The notes under the pieces: model-generated
Told to the model about the DNA's origin: nothing
Seen by the model: only the letters and a program-made list of their open reading frames with translations
Database searches by the model: none
Program-made: the position numbers and the translations under genes
Shown here: positions 35,765-45,900 of the stretch, piece after piece
How positions within the stretch are numbered: position 1 is the stretch's first letter
Layout of the letters: each line of letters opens with the position of its first letter
Assembly: GCA_963663545.1 (NCBI GenBank)
Contig: OY760505.1
Coordinates: forward strand, 1,664,001 to 1,728,000
Origin: Candidatus Delongbacteria bacterium
GTDB taxonomy: Bacteria; CAIWAD01
Reading direction: 5' to 3'
DNA length: 64,000 bases

Positions 35765-37729
35765 TCACCCCTGCACCTCCCGCAGCAGCTCCATGATCTC
35801 GGCGCTGACCTTGGCCAGATCGGCGTCGATCTCGGCCAACGGGCGGGGCGGCACATACTTGTAGAAGTGGCGGTTGAAGGGAATCTCGTAGCCCAGCTTG
35901 GTCTTGTCGAAATCGATCCAGGCATCGGGCACATGGGGCAGCACTTCGCGCTGGAAGTATTCCTCGACGTCTTCTTTCAGCGGCACGTTTTCATAATCGC
36001 GCAGCTCGCTGTCCGCCTCAGGCTGGCCCTTGCGGTCGAGGCAAAGGGGAGCCTCGGGATCGCGCTCGCTCAGCGCCTGACAGATGGTTTTGAACAGCGG
36101 CGCGCTCAGGTCAACACCCTGCGTTTTGAAAGTAGCCTTGAGCAGTTCCTGGAATTCCTCGCGCCCCAGCTTGAGCGGCTGCTGCTCCAGAACCGCCAGC
36201 GCCGCCAGAATCTCCTGCTGTTTCGCTTCGGCCAACGTGGCGAAAGCTTTGGCCTGCTTCAGCTGGTCCAGCCGCTCGGCATTTACACTAAAGCGTAGAC
36301 GCAGGGGGCGCTCCACCGTGATACGGCGAAAGCCAAAATCCGTGTTGTCGAAGATCTTGGACTGCTCGTTCTGCGCGAAATCCCCAAACAGTTCCACGAT
36401 GCGCTTGATCTGGCTGGATGAGATACGCTTGCGCTTGCTGCCCAGGCTTTTGCGCATGGGTTTGTGAAAGCTGGTGGCGTCAATCAGCTGAATCTTGCCT
36501 TTGCGCGCGGCGGATTTGCGGTTGCTGATGATCCAGATGTAAGTAGCGATGCCCGTGTTGTAGAACATGTCCGTGGGCAGAGCGATGATGGCTTCCAGCC
36601 AGTCGTTCTCGATAATCCAGCGCCGGATCTCGCTTTCGCCGCTACCCGCGCTGCCCGTAAACAGCGGCGAGCCGTTCAGCACCACCGCCAGGCGCGAAGC
36701 CTCGCCCTTGCGGTTGAACTTGGAAATCATGTGCTGCACAAAGAGCAGCGAACCGTCGCTGACCCGCGGCAGGCCGGCACCAAAGCGTCCGCGGTAACCC
36801 TGCTGCTCGTATTCCTTGACGATCTCCTCCTGCACCTTCTTCCACTCCACACCAAAGGGCGGGTTGGAAATCAGGTAATCGAAGGTCTCGTTGGGAAGGC
36901 CATCGTCGCTGAAGCTGTTGCCCACGTGAATGTTGGCGGCTTCCTGCCCTTTGATCATCATGTCGGATTTGCAGATAGCGTAGGATTCGTCGTTGAGCTC
37001 CTGCCCGTATGCGACCAAGGTAGCTTGCGGGTTTAGCTCGCGCAGGTAGTTCTCTGCCACGCTGAGCATGCCACCAGTGCCGCAGGCGGGGTCGTAAATG
37101 CGCCGAATGATGCCCGGCTTGCCGAGCACATCCTCGTCTTCGCAGAAGAGCAGATCCACCATCAGTCGAATCACCTCGCGCGGGGTGAAGTGCTCGCCAG
37201 CGGTCTCGTTGCTCTGCTCCGAAAAGCGCCGGATCAGCTCTTCGAAGATGTAGCCCATGTCGATGTTGCTCACCTTGTCAGGATGCAGATCGGTTTGGGC
37301 GAAACGCTGGACCACCATGTACAGCAGCTTGTCCTTGTGCAAGCGCTTGATCTGGTCGGCAAACTTGAAGTGCTCGGTGAAGATCTCGCGGGCGTCCTTG
37401 CTGAAGCCCTGAATCATGTTGTTCAGGTTGGCCGCAATGTTGTCAGGGTCGTTCAGCAGCGTGGCAAAGGAATAGCGACTGGTATTGTGAAAGCTGTGCC
37501 CGCTGGCCGCGTTCAGAATCTTCTCGCGCATGGCGTCGGCGTACTTCTGCCCCGCAATCTCGCCGGCTTTGGCCAGCACCGCCGCGCGAGTGGGTTCCAG
37601 CACGCAATCCAGACGCCGCAGCACCGTCAGCGGCAGAACCACTTTGCCATACTCGGACTGCTTGTAATTGCCGCGCAGAATTTCTGCGATGGACCAGATG
37701 AAACCGACGTGTTCTGAAAACTTGTGCAT
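35765..37729 (-). CDS. hsdM: Type I R-M methyltransferase M subunit
   Basis: GEHFTPRE, YDPACGTGGML, SNPPF; probable start MHKFSEH at 37729. Confidence 0.97.
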   Translation of the reverse strand: MHKFSEHVGFIWSIAEILRGNYKQSEYGKVVLPLTVLRRLDCVLEPTRAAVLAKAGEIAGQKYADAMREKILNAASGHSFHNTSRYSFATLLNDPDNIAANLNNMIQGFSKDAREIFTEHFKFADQIKRLHKDKLLYMVVQRFAQTDLHPDKVSNIDMGYIFEELIRRFSEQSNETAGEHFTPREVIRLMVDLLFCEDEDVLGKPGIIRRIYDPACGTGGMLSVAENYLRELNPQATLVAYGQELNDESYAICKSDMMIKGQEAANIHVGNSFSDDGLPNETFDYLISNPPFGVEWKKVQEEIVKEYEQQGYRGRFGAGLPRVSDGSLLFVQHMISKFNRKGEASRLAVVLNGSPLFTGSAGSGESEIRRWIIENDWLEAIIALPTDMFYNTGIATYIWIISNRKSAARKGKIQLIDATSFHKPMRKSLGSKRKRISSSQIKRIVELFGDFAQNEQSKIFDNTDFGFRRITVERPLRLRFSVNAERLDQLKQAKAFATLAEAKQQEILAALAVLEQQPLKLGREEFQELLKATFKTQGVDLSAPLFKTICQALSERDPEAPLCLDRKGQPEADSELRDYENVPLKEDVEEYFQREVLPHVPDAWIDFDKTKLGYEIPFNRHFYKYVPPRPLAEIDADLAKVSAEIMELLREVQG

Positions 37730-38218
37730 GATGGATCCATGTTGCTGATACTGATCGCCGTCACGGGCGTGTGCAGGTGACGAAGAAAGCCTCCATTTGC
37801 CTGGCCGGACTGCTGAATGAATGTAGGAATCGGGTGGGACAGCATGGCCAAAGGCGCTGCGCGTCTCCATTCCAGCGATTCTGAAGCTCACAGGTTGGCA
37901 ACACCTGTCTCGGCAATGACATTGCGGACAAACCGAAACACGCATATCCACATTGATCAAGACACCTGAACTATGCAATGACAATGGTGGCGCACACGCA
38001 CGGCAGTAGACAACGGAGAAAAGCAGGAACAATAATGAAGATCAACTGAAGTATTTTGAACAAACAGAACATTCAAACACAGCGCAAAGTATGTCACAGC
38101 GTTAACGATCAAGTGTTTATAACACCTATTCTTCTGGCGTGCAAATTGCTTCACTACGCAATCAAACATCAGTGATTCAGCATTTTCGTTCTAAATCCGT
38201 CACTCGAGGAGGCATGCC

Positions 38219-41200
38219 ATGTCCCGCGCCCTATCCCCCCATTGCCTATTTCTATTCCTGTCAGTAACCAGCGCGGCACTGTGCCAGCAGCGCGTACAGT
38301 TTGAGGGCCATGAATACATGTTGGTTGAGCAGCGCATGACATGGCACAATGCGAAAGCCTACGCGGAATCCTTGGGTGGATATCTGGCGTGTGTTTCATC
38401 CGAAGAAGAGAACAGCTTTTTGTTTAGCACGGCCCCCTCTCATTGCTGGATCGGCGCAACGGACGAGGTCGTTGAAGGCGACTGGCACTGGATTGATGGG
38501 TCCCCGTGGTCCTACACGAACTGGGGAGTGGGCGAGCCAAACAACTCCGGCAATGAAGATTATGCAGCAATCACATACAGTTGCGGGGGATGCTGGAACG
38601 ATGCCCCAAGCACATCTATTGCCTATTCGATTATTGAATGGGACGGGGGCTTGAGTGGCGAAGTCGTGCTTACCGATGTCGGTACCCAACTTGGGACACT
38701 GGATATTGACAATGCTCTTGACATCATTCCTCTCGACTGGAACGACGACGGATGGATCGACTTCCTGACCGAGAACGAGGCTTTCGCGACAATGAAGCTG
38801 TACCTGAACAATGCGGGCACATCCTTCACGGACGCATCCAGCATGGTCTCAGCTCTTCCCGATTTCTATCGAGAGATCAGCATAGGCGACATTAACAACG
38901 ATGGTCAGCTTGAAATCGTGGGCACGGATGGTTGGCCAGGAGCATTGCGAATCTTCACCATTCTCAACGGTGCTGCTGTCGAGGTTTTCTCTGACGCAAG
39001 TCGCGACTACTACTACACTGTCTTGGCTGATTTTGACAATGATGGCGATCTGGAACTCGTAACCCGCGACAGCTACTACCCTTGCACCATGTACGTTGAG
39101 GATTTCAGTGCCGACCTTTCGACACGGACTGTGCTGCACATACAAGCTGGCGCAGGCTATGCGGCAGTTTCTGATTTCAACCTCGATGGATTCGCCGATA
39201 TCTTGTTCACTGATTTCAATGGATCCGGTTACCAATTAAACCCGACACACATGATGTTGAATGACGCTGGCCAAGGATTCTATCAAGCGACAACTACACC
39301 GCCAAACCTGCCATGCAGCGAATCAGCTGTCTTCGATTTCGACAATGATGGCGATTTCGATTTCTGGTGCGGTACTTCAGACATGATCTCAAATGGCCCC
39401 GAGAAGGTGTGGCTGCTCGAGCACAACGGCACACTGGGCTTCACGGATGTGTCCCAATCATCGATGCTCTATGGCTCCCACTATTACGGCCAAGCTGCGC
39501 TCGTGGACATCGACAACAATGGCTGGCTGGATTACTTCCAGGAAATAGGCGCGTGGACAGGCAATCATTTGATGATGAATACGAATGGCACGTTTGCGGC
39601 AGATCCCAACTTCTATTTCTCGGGTGGCAACACCTGCGGCCATTGTGGCTTGTTTGATTATGATCTTGATGGTGACATGGATGCTCTGTTCACAGAATAC
39701 TACTGGAATTCACCCCTGTCTCACCACACTTTCTATCGCAACGATACGCAGGGTGGTAAATATCTGACAGTCATCCCAACCTCTTCACTGGCAGAATTGA
39801 ACACACACGGCATCCGTATCGAATGCTGGACACAGGGCAGGGTGAATCTGCATCCCCTACGCGAAAGTATGCGCTGGGACGCCACACGTCATTTCCATTT
39901 CGGCCTCGGCACTGCGACTCAAGCAGATTCCCTGATCCTTCATTGGCCAACGGGCAACGTGACAAGGCTGTATGACGTGCCGGCAAACCAGTTTCTGGAA
40001 GTGTACGAATCGGACACGCAGCAGGATGATTGCCTGGCCTCCGAATCCTTCGACCACCCGGGCTCCCTGCCAACAGCTTGGACCGTCGAATCACGCGGCG
40101 GATCACGCACCAGCGCATGGCTGCCTGTCCAGCAAAACAACGATGATTGGGCCATCGAAAGCCATCAGGATGAGTACAGCGCACCCTTCGACGAATGGCT
40201 GATTTCGCCTGTGATCGATCTTGGCTGGTACGAGGCGACAACCCTCGGCATCTGGCAGGACTATCAGCACGCAGCTTCCAGCGCAACGATCAAGCTCAGC
40301 ACCAATGCAGGCTTCAGCTGGCAGACACTTCTGGAACAGACAGCCTCGGCAAACGGGCTGCTGGAACTGGACATCAGTAGCTACGCTGACGGCGAAGACC
40401 AGTGCCGCATTGCCTTTGTCTTCACGGGGGAATTCGCCACTGGAGGTGCAAGCTGGATGATCGACGAGCTCTGCCTGGGGGGACTCCCCGTACCGCCCAT
40501 GATCACGAATCCGATTCCCGCACAGAGCCCGCCCACAGTCTGCACAACACTTGATCCCGTCATTGGCTGCACGATCTACCACGTCGTAAACATCGATGGC
40601 AGCAGCATCGAATACCGCTTCGACGAAAACGGCGATGGACAGTACGAAGCGGAGGGGCCGGAGGCCTGGCAGAGCATGCCTACAGTCGCGGACAACGACA
40701 CGATCACCGTCAACCAAACCGTCGGAGTTGTCGCGAACGGCGTCTATCGCTTCGAGTTCAGGGCTAGAGCCGCCGAAAGCGACTACGCTTACTCGGGCAC
40801 AAGCCACCAGGAAGGAATCGCCGACGACTGGCTGGTAATCGTCAACGCAGATGAAGATGGACCGAACTATTCACAGCCACTCCCCAGCAATCAGCCGGAT
40901 CCGGAATGGACGCCTTCGCTGACGGCACAGGTGGGTGTCACAATTGGTGATACAAACAGTGGGGTGGATGCATCAAGCCTCGCCTACCGGATCAGAACCC
41001 TGTCGAAGCAAGCCGGTTCGCGCGACGACTGGCAGGCGCTGACGGGCTACACATCCGGTGCTGATATCGTTGTCCTGGAAAACATCAGCTTCCCCGCCGA
41101 CGGCGAATACTTCGTGGAATTCACGGCCACGGATCTGGCGAGTAACCAGTCCTTCTCCATGAACGGCAGCGGCGATGACGGCATCGAAGACGACATTGTT

Positions 41201-42691
41201 GTGCGTGTCGATGTCACACCTCCACCGACCACCGTGATACACGCATCAGGCGCAGGCAGCAACTTCGCCATCGTCCAGTTCCAGCCGGTAGCCGATGTTA
41301 GTTTCGACCAGATGCACATCTACTACAGCACGGACCAAACCGTGGACGAGAGCGATCCCGTCTGGAATGCGACCTGCGACCCTGCCCTTACCGATCCCGC
41401 GACCTCCCAAACCACCATCACAGGCTTGAGCGCCGGTCTACAGTACTGGTTCGCCGCACGAGCAACGGACCTCGCCGGTCACGCGGCGGAATGGTCAAAT
41501 GTTGTCACACGCGCCACCGAGGGGACCCAGCTCGCACCCGTGATGGATCTGACGGCAGCGGTCAACGAAGAAGGCGTTCTGCTTGACTGGACGCCCCCCA
41601 GTGTGGACATCTACGGTGTTGGCCCTGTGGCGATTCAAGGCTACGAAGTGCATTCTTCGGGCCATCCTCTTTTCGTCCCGTCCGAATCCACGCGATTGGA
41701 GACTGTAAGCGCCCCGCCATACCAGATCGCGCTTCCCGTAGGCATTGAAGTCGCGGCCTTCTATCGCGTCGTGGCCTTGGGATCGGGATTGACGCAGCCT
41801 CCTGCAGGCATGGTTTTCATTCCCGCAGGCAGCTTCCAGATGGGACCGGATCCCTTCGGCAATGGCAGTGAACACACTGTGACCCTGACCCACAACTACT
41901 GGCTGGACAAGACAGAGGTCACCAATGCGGCCTTCCTGTCCGCCCTGCAGTGGGCCTACGATGAGGGGCTGGTCAGCGCTGATTCTTCAACCGTGCAGGC
42001 CTACGGCGTGGAACTTGTGGATCTGGACGATGAAGACTGCGAGCTGATCTTTGCCAATGGCGTCTTCGCTATAGCCGAGCTGTCACACATCACGAGCTAC
42101 GGCTGGGGTCCCGGACAGGCTTATCCTGAAGGCTACGATGTCGCACAGCATCCGGTGAAGGAAGTCAGCTGGTTTGGTGCCTGCTGCTACTGCGACTGGC
42201 GCAGTCAGTTTGAAGGCTTCACACCCTTCTATCAGGGCAACTGGGAAGTGGATGTGACACACGATCCTTACTCTGCTGAAGGTTACCGTCTGCCGATGGA
42301 AGCAGAATGGGAGTACGCCGCACGCTACAGCGACGGACGAGTCTTCCCGTGGGGTAACAACTATCCCATTGGCTGCGGACCGCTGGTGAATCACACACTT
42401 TGCGTTGGCTGGACGGCGGCAGTGGGAAGCTATCCCAGTGGGGCAAGTGCACTTGGTTTGCTGGATATGGCGGGCAACGTCGTCGAGTTTGTTCAGGACT
42501 GGTACGCTGGTGAATATGAAGCGGAGACCTTCAACCCGATTGGCCCTTCATCTGGAACCCTGAAGGTCTGCCGTGGCGCCGATTTTGGTGACGATTCTTC
42601 TGACGACAGCAAGTGTACAGCCAGGCAGGATTACTTCCGCACAAACTCTTATCCCTGGCTTGGATTCAGGGTAATGAGGATCGTGCAATAG
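38219..42691 (+). CDS. Secreted mosaic protein: C-type lectin, FG-GAP/ASPIC-UnbV, beta-sandwich/FN3 domains, C-terminal FGE-sulfatase (SUMF1) domain
   Basis: Signal peptide; WIGATD..EPNN..WND; repeated D.DNDG.LD; HFGLG; YRLPMEAEWEYAA, DMAGNV.E, GFR. Confidence 0.9.
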   Translation: MSRALSPHCLFLFLSVTSAALCQQRVQFEGHEYMLVEQRMTWHNAKAYAESLGGYLACVSSEEENSFLFSTAPSHCWIGATDEVVEGDWHWIDGSPWSYTNWGVGEPNNSGNEDYAAITYSCGGCWNDAPSTSIAYSIIEWDGGLSGEVVLTDVGTQLGTLDIDNALDIIPLDWNDDGWIDFLTENEAFATMKLYLNNAGTSFTDASSMVSALPDFYREISIGDINNDGQLEIVGTDGWPGALRIFTILNGAAVEVFSDASRDYYYTVLADFDNDGDLELVTRDSYYPCTMYVEDFSADLSTRTVLHIQAGAGYAAVSDFNLDGFADILFTDFNGSGYQLNPTHMMLNDAGQGFYQATTTPPNLPCSESAVFDFDNDGDFDFWCGTSDMISNGPEKVWLLEHNGTLGFTDVSQSSMLYGSHYYGQAALVDIDNNGWLDYFQEIGAWTGNHLMMNTNGTFAADPNFYFSGGNTCGHCGLFDYDLDGDMDALFTEYYWNSPLSHHTFYRNDTQGGKYLTVIPTSSLAELNTHGIRIECWTQGRVNLHPLRESMRWDATRHFHFGLGTATQADSLILHWPTGNVTRLYDVPANQFLEVYESDTQQDDCLASESFDHPGSLPTAWTVESRGGSRTSAWLPVQQNNDDWAIESHQDEYSAPFDEWLISPVIDLGWYEATTLGIWQDYQHAASSATIKLSTNAGFSWQTLLEQTASANGLLELDISSYADGEDQCRIAFVFTGEFATGGASWMIDELCLGGLPVPPMITNPIPAQSPPTVCTTLDPVIGCTIYHVVNIDGSSIEYRFDENGDGQYEAEGPEAWQSMPTVADNDTITVNQTVGVVANGVYRFEFRARAAESDYAYSGTSHQEGIADDWLVIVNADEDGPNYSQPLPSNQPDPEWTPSLTAQVGVTIGDTNSGVDASSLAYRIRTLSKQAGSRDDWQALTGYTSGADIVVLENISFPADGEYFVEFTATDLASNQSFSMNGSGDDGIEDDIVVRVDVTPPPTTVIHASGAGSNFAIVQFQPVADVSFDQMHIYYSTDQTVDESDPVWNATCDPALTDPATSQTTITGLSAGLQYWFAARATDLAGHAAEWSNVVTRATEGTQLAPVMDLTAAVNEEGVLLDWTPPSVDIYGVGPVAIQGYEVHSSGHPLFVPSESTRLETVSAPPYQIALPVGIEVAAFYRVVALGSGLTQPPAGMVFIPAGSFQMGPDPFGNGSEHTVTLTHNYWLDKTEVTNAAFLSALQWAYDEGLVSADSSTVQAYGVELVDLDDEDCELIFANGVFAIAELSHITSYGWGPGQAYPEGYDVAQHPVKEVSWFGACCYCDWRSQFEGFTPFYQGNWEVDVTHDPYSAEGYRLPMEAEWEYAARYSDGRVFPWGNNYPIGCGPLVNHTLCVGWTAAVGSYPSGASALGLLDMAGNVVEFVQDWYAGEYEAETFNPIGPSSGTLKVCRGADFGDDSSDDSKCTARQDYFRTNSYPWLGFRVMRIVQ

Positions 42692-42783
42692 TGGACCACG
42701 TGACACAACAAAGGCAACGACGCCGAAATCCTGATCCGGCCCTGTTTCATCAAAGCCTCAGGGAGAAGCGTCTATGTTGCCCA

Positions 42784-43389
42784 TCAAAGCGTGTAAAGCA
42801 GGAGCGTCGATAGCAACAGAACTCCAGCCGCAATGCTGATCAATGAAAAGAAGCGCAGCGCCTCCAGCTTCTGCTCCTCCAGCCAAGCCTGCCCTTCCAT
42901 CAGCAGACGACGGCTATGTGTCCTTCTGTCCGGACCTTTCAAGCGGACGGTACCCGAGCCATAGAAGCCGTTCATCACCTGCAACTCGAGCTGAAGATCG
43001 GGGACGCTGTATCCACGCTTACCAGCTCTATACTTCATGCCCGTGCGCCGCATCGCCGCGCGCAAGACCTCATCCCGCTGTTCGTTTTTGAGGCCATGGA
43101 TGGAAAAACCAACCCACCCCGTCCAAGCCAGCAAGGTCAGTACAATGAATACAAGCGCGATTCCGAGCCCGATCCACCCCTTCACGCCGCCCTCATGAAC
43201 TCGGGCAAGACCCAGCCCAATCATGCTCACACAGGCAGGAAGCGTACACAGTGTGGTGAACAGTGCACTCCGCTGCACGGTCCGCAATTGCGGGCGCCTG
43301 CTCAGAAACATCCGGGCGCCATCAAACACCAGCAGCCCACCTACCACAACAATCGCCACCACCAGCAACCATTGGCTCAGTCCACTCAT
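42784..43389 (-). CDS. Membrane protein
   Basis: About 4 hydrophobic segments. Confidence 0.65.
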   Translation of the reverse strand: MSGLSQWLLVVAIVVVGGLLVFDGARMFLSRRPQLRTVQRSALFTTLCTLPACVSMIGLGLARVHEGGVKGWIGLGIALVFIVLTLLAWTGWVGFSIHGLKNEQRDEVLRAAMRRTGMKYRAGKRGYSVPDLQLELQVMNGFYGSGTVRLKGPDRRTHSRRLLMEGQAWLEEQKLEALRFFSLISIAAGVLLLSTLLLYTL

Positions 43390-43455
43390 GATCCTCTCCC
43401 GACTTGATTCTGTGAAACGCCCCACGAAATCCTGTGTGATACAAATCCGTGTGTA

Positions 43456-43923
43456 TCACGAAGCCTGCCTGCCCGGCCAGGGGAACAACAGATTCACGCG
43501 GCGCTCGTACTCCAGATACTCCTCGCCGAACTGCTCGAGCAGGTACTCGCGCTCCTTGCCAATGGTCGTGTAGAAGATGACCCACGCCAGCACACAAGGC
43601 ACCAGCATCAGCCACCATTGTGTCACAAGCACCAGGCCCGGCAGCAGACACACAAGCCAAGCGGCGTAAATGGGATTGCGCGTCCAGCCATAGACGCCCG
43701 TCGTCAGCAGACGGTGCTCGTGAAAGGCACAGCGAATGCTGCGTGCGCCCAGCGCGAGAATCAGGCCGCCGATGAAGAGCAACAGCCCCAGCCCAAGACT
43801 CAGCCCATCGGGCAGAAGGCGCTGCGCAAAGAGCTCAGGCCAGCGCACGCAGGCCCATACCGCTGGCATGGAACAGGCCAGCGTTGGAATCAGCATGTGC
43901 CCACCAATGCCCCAGAAGGTCAT
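43456..43923 (-). CDS. Isoprenylcysteine carboxylmethyltransferase (ICMT/PEMT) family protein
   Basis: LLTTGVYGWTRNPIY...EREYLLEQFGEEYLEY. Confidence 0.85.
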   Translation of the reverse strand: MTFWGIGGHMLIPTLACSMPAVWACVRWPELFAQRLLPDGLSLGLGLLLFIGGLILALGARSIRCAFHEHRLLTTGVYGWTRNPIYAAWLVCLLPGLVLVTQWWLMLVPCVLAWVIFYTTIGKEREYLLEQFGEEYLEYERRVNLLFPWPGRQAS

Positions 43924-43932
43924 GGCTCCCTC

Positions 43933-44502
43933 CTAAAGACTTGGCAGCGTCCACCAGGAGAACACCAGCATCAACGCACCAATCGAGGCAAGTATCCAAA
44001 GAGGCCGCCTTTGCTGGAAAGGTAGCGTCGCAAGCTCGGCGCGCACATCCTGCACCAGCTCGCGGCGGATTGCGGAGGCATCGCTTCCTAGAACGGCAAA
44101 TCCACCGCTTATCGATACGACCACACGTACATCGCACGTGCTTAGCAGAAAGCGGTTATGGTAGAAATTGAATACCAGTCCGCGCCTTTGTAACACGTCG
44201 GCAATTGCCTTCACCAGGGCCTCGCGGTCGATTCCGAATGCACTCCAGCTCTGAAGCGGAGAGCGCCACTGTCCATAACTCCTCCACGAGAGGAAGAATA
44301 CAACCAGGCCTGTCGAGAAGAGCTGTGTTACAGCAAACACTGGACGCCAAAAGGCTTCCGCCAGAAGGAGAAATGCAGGTAGTATCAAAAGGACAGCCGA
44401 ACTGACAAGAACGACTTTGCGCCGGATCAGGATCGCCAAGGAGAAAACAGTCACACAAAGGAAAATGCAGAGCATTGTCACATCGACGAAGAACGGAGTC
44501 AT
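43933..44502 (-). CDS. Membrane protein
   Basis: Three N-terminal and one C-terminal hydrophobic segments, the same layout as 42784-43389. Confidence 0.6.
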   Translation of the reverse strand: MTPFFVDVTMLCIFLCVTVFSLAILIRRKVVLVSSAVLLILPAFLLLAEAFWRPVFAVTQLFSTGLVVFFLSWRSYGQWRSPLQSWSAFGIDREALVKAIADVLQRRGLVFNFYHNRFLLSTCDVRVVVSISGGFAVLGSDASAIRRELVQDVRAELATLPFQQRRPLWILASIGALMLVFSWWTLPSL

Positions 44503-44668
44503 CTTGATCCCCTATCACTGTGTCACACTGAACTCAAGCCAAATGAATGGCCTTCCACGTCCTTGCGCAAGCATTCATGTTCCTGCTGCGAGTTCCCCAC
44601 GAAGCTCATCTGCTGTGAACGCGGCAAGACGCAAACGCATCTCTTCTGAGTGACTTCACTCATTTGTA

Positions 44669-45145
44669 TCACGCATCCTCGCAAACCAACTCGCGATCGA
44701 TGTCACGACGCATGTCCAGCAAGCGTCTCACGAAACGCGCGCGTCGCTGATCCTCATCGCTCTCGGGCTCCCAGTGCGGGACCTCGGTGGGCACGCCGGC
44801 CTCGTCAACGGCGACGAACTGCATCACACAATGCGTGGAGCACGCCAGCTTTCCCTCGCGGGGATCACCTGCTCGCACGTCCACCAGAATGTGCATGCTG
44901 CTGTGGCCGGTCATGGCCAGCCGCGCCTCCACTTCGACCAGACTGCCGATGCGAATGGGTCTGGTAAAGCGAATGCCGCCGACGTAGGCGGTGACACAAT
45001 AGCAACCGCTCCAGGCAACCGCGCAGGCGTAGCCCGCCTGGTCGATCCATTTCATCACGGCGCCACCGTGCACTTTGCCACCAAAGTTGACGTCGCCGGG
45101 CTCGGCCAGAAAACGCAGGGTCAGCTTGTGATTCGGCTTATTCAT
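44669..45145 (-). CDS. Acyl-CoA thioesterase (hotdog fold)
   Basis: DVNFGGKVHGGAVMKWID. Confidence 0.92.
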   Translation of the reverse strand: MNKPNHKLTLRFLAEPGDVNFGGKVHGGAVMKWIDQAGYACAVAWSGCYCVTAYVGGIRFTRPIRIGSLVEVEARLAMTGHSSMHILVDVRAGDPREGKLACSTHCVMQFVAVDEAGVPTEVPHWEPESDEDQRRARFVRRLLDMRRDIDRELVCEDA

Positions 45146-45352
45146 GCTTCCTCCTTGAGGTGCTGTGTCACAAGGAAGTGAGTTCATCCCACTTATTCCA
45201 CGGGAAACGAATAGAGGCGCAAAGCACGTCGCTCCGCCATCACGGCCCATCACCATGCCGCTACATGATTATGTCTTAACATCTGGAACAACAACACTTC
45301 GTCGCGACTAAGATTGTGCGTTTTACAAGTATCGATCAACTGGAAAGACACG

Positions 45353-45835
45353 ATGATGTTCCCTCAACTAGATCGTTATCGCGACCACGGATTACTGCTG
45401 CTTCGCGTCGGCATAGGAATCAGCTTCATGCTGCACGGCTTTCCCAAACTGCAGGGCGGCCCTGAACTCTGGACCGGCCTCGGCAGCGCGCTTGGTGCAC
45501 TGGGTATTCATTTCGCCCCCACCTTCATGGGATTCATGGCCGCATCAGCCGAATTCTTCGGCGGCCTCTTTCTGGCTCTGGGTCTGTTTACGCGCCCCGC
45601 CGTCTTCTTCATGCTGAACACAATGATCGTGGCCATGGCCATGCACCTGAGCAAGGGCGACTCCTTCATGATGTATTCGCACGCACTGGAGGCCGGTATC
45701 CTCTTTCTCAGCATGATCCTCATTGGCCCGGGACGCTTTTCTCTGGATGCGTATTGCCCGCTACTGCGCAAGCGGAGACAGCGTGCGTCAAATCAGAAGC
45801 CGATTGATGTATCACACGACACAGCACTGTCATAG
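45353..45835 (+). CDS. DoxX family membrane protein
   Basis: LLLRV..HGFPKL..EFFGG..LGLFTR..GPGRFSLD. Confidence 0.92.
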   Translation: MMFPQLDRYRDHGLLLLRVGIGISFMLHGFPKLQGGPELWTGLGSALGALGIHFAPTFMGFMAASAEFFGGLFLALGLFTRPAVFFMLNTMIVAMAMHLSKGDSFMMYSHALEAGILFLSMILIGPGRFSLDAYCPLLRKRRQRASNQKPIDVSHDTALS

Positions 45836-45849
45836 CAGGTAGAAAAGTA

Positions 45850-45878
45850 AAGGGTCTGAAGCCTCTGCCTCAGACCCT
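45850..45878. terminator. Hairpin between convergent genes
   Basis: AGGGTCTGA...TCAGACCCT. Confidence 0.55.
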
Positions 45879-45900
45879 GTGTATGTTTGCTTCTAGTTGA

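Larger units (their letters stand above)
33218..35768 (-). pseudogene. hsdS: Type I R-M specificity subunit split by IS3
   Basis: EQQAIADFLDRETAKID..AVTKGLDP..MKDSGVPWLGEVP in the 5' part; LISAAVTGKIDV in the 3' part; IS removal restores EDYWPL-NTTLY. Confidence 0.9.

Noticed and set aside
37730..38032. 101-aa N-terminal extension of HsdM in the ORF track
   Set aside because: No HsdM-like sequence before MHKFSEH; probably non-coding upstream DNA
42570..42691. Diversity-generating retroelement in this window
   Set aside because: No reverse transcriptase and no template repeat found by eye
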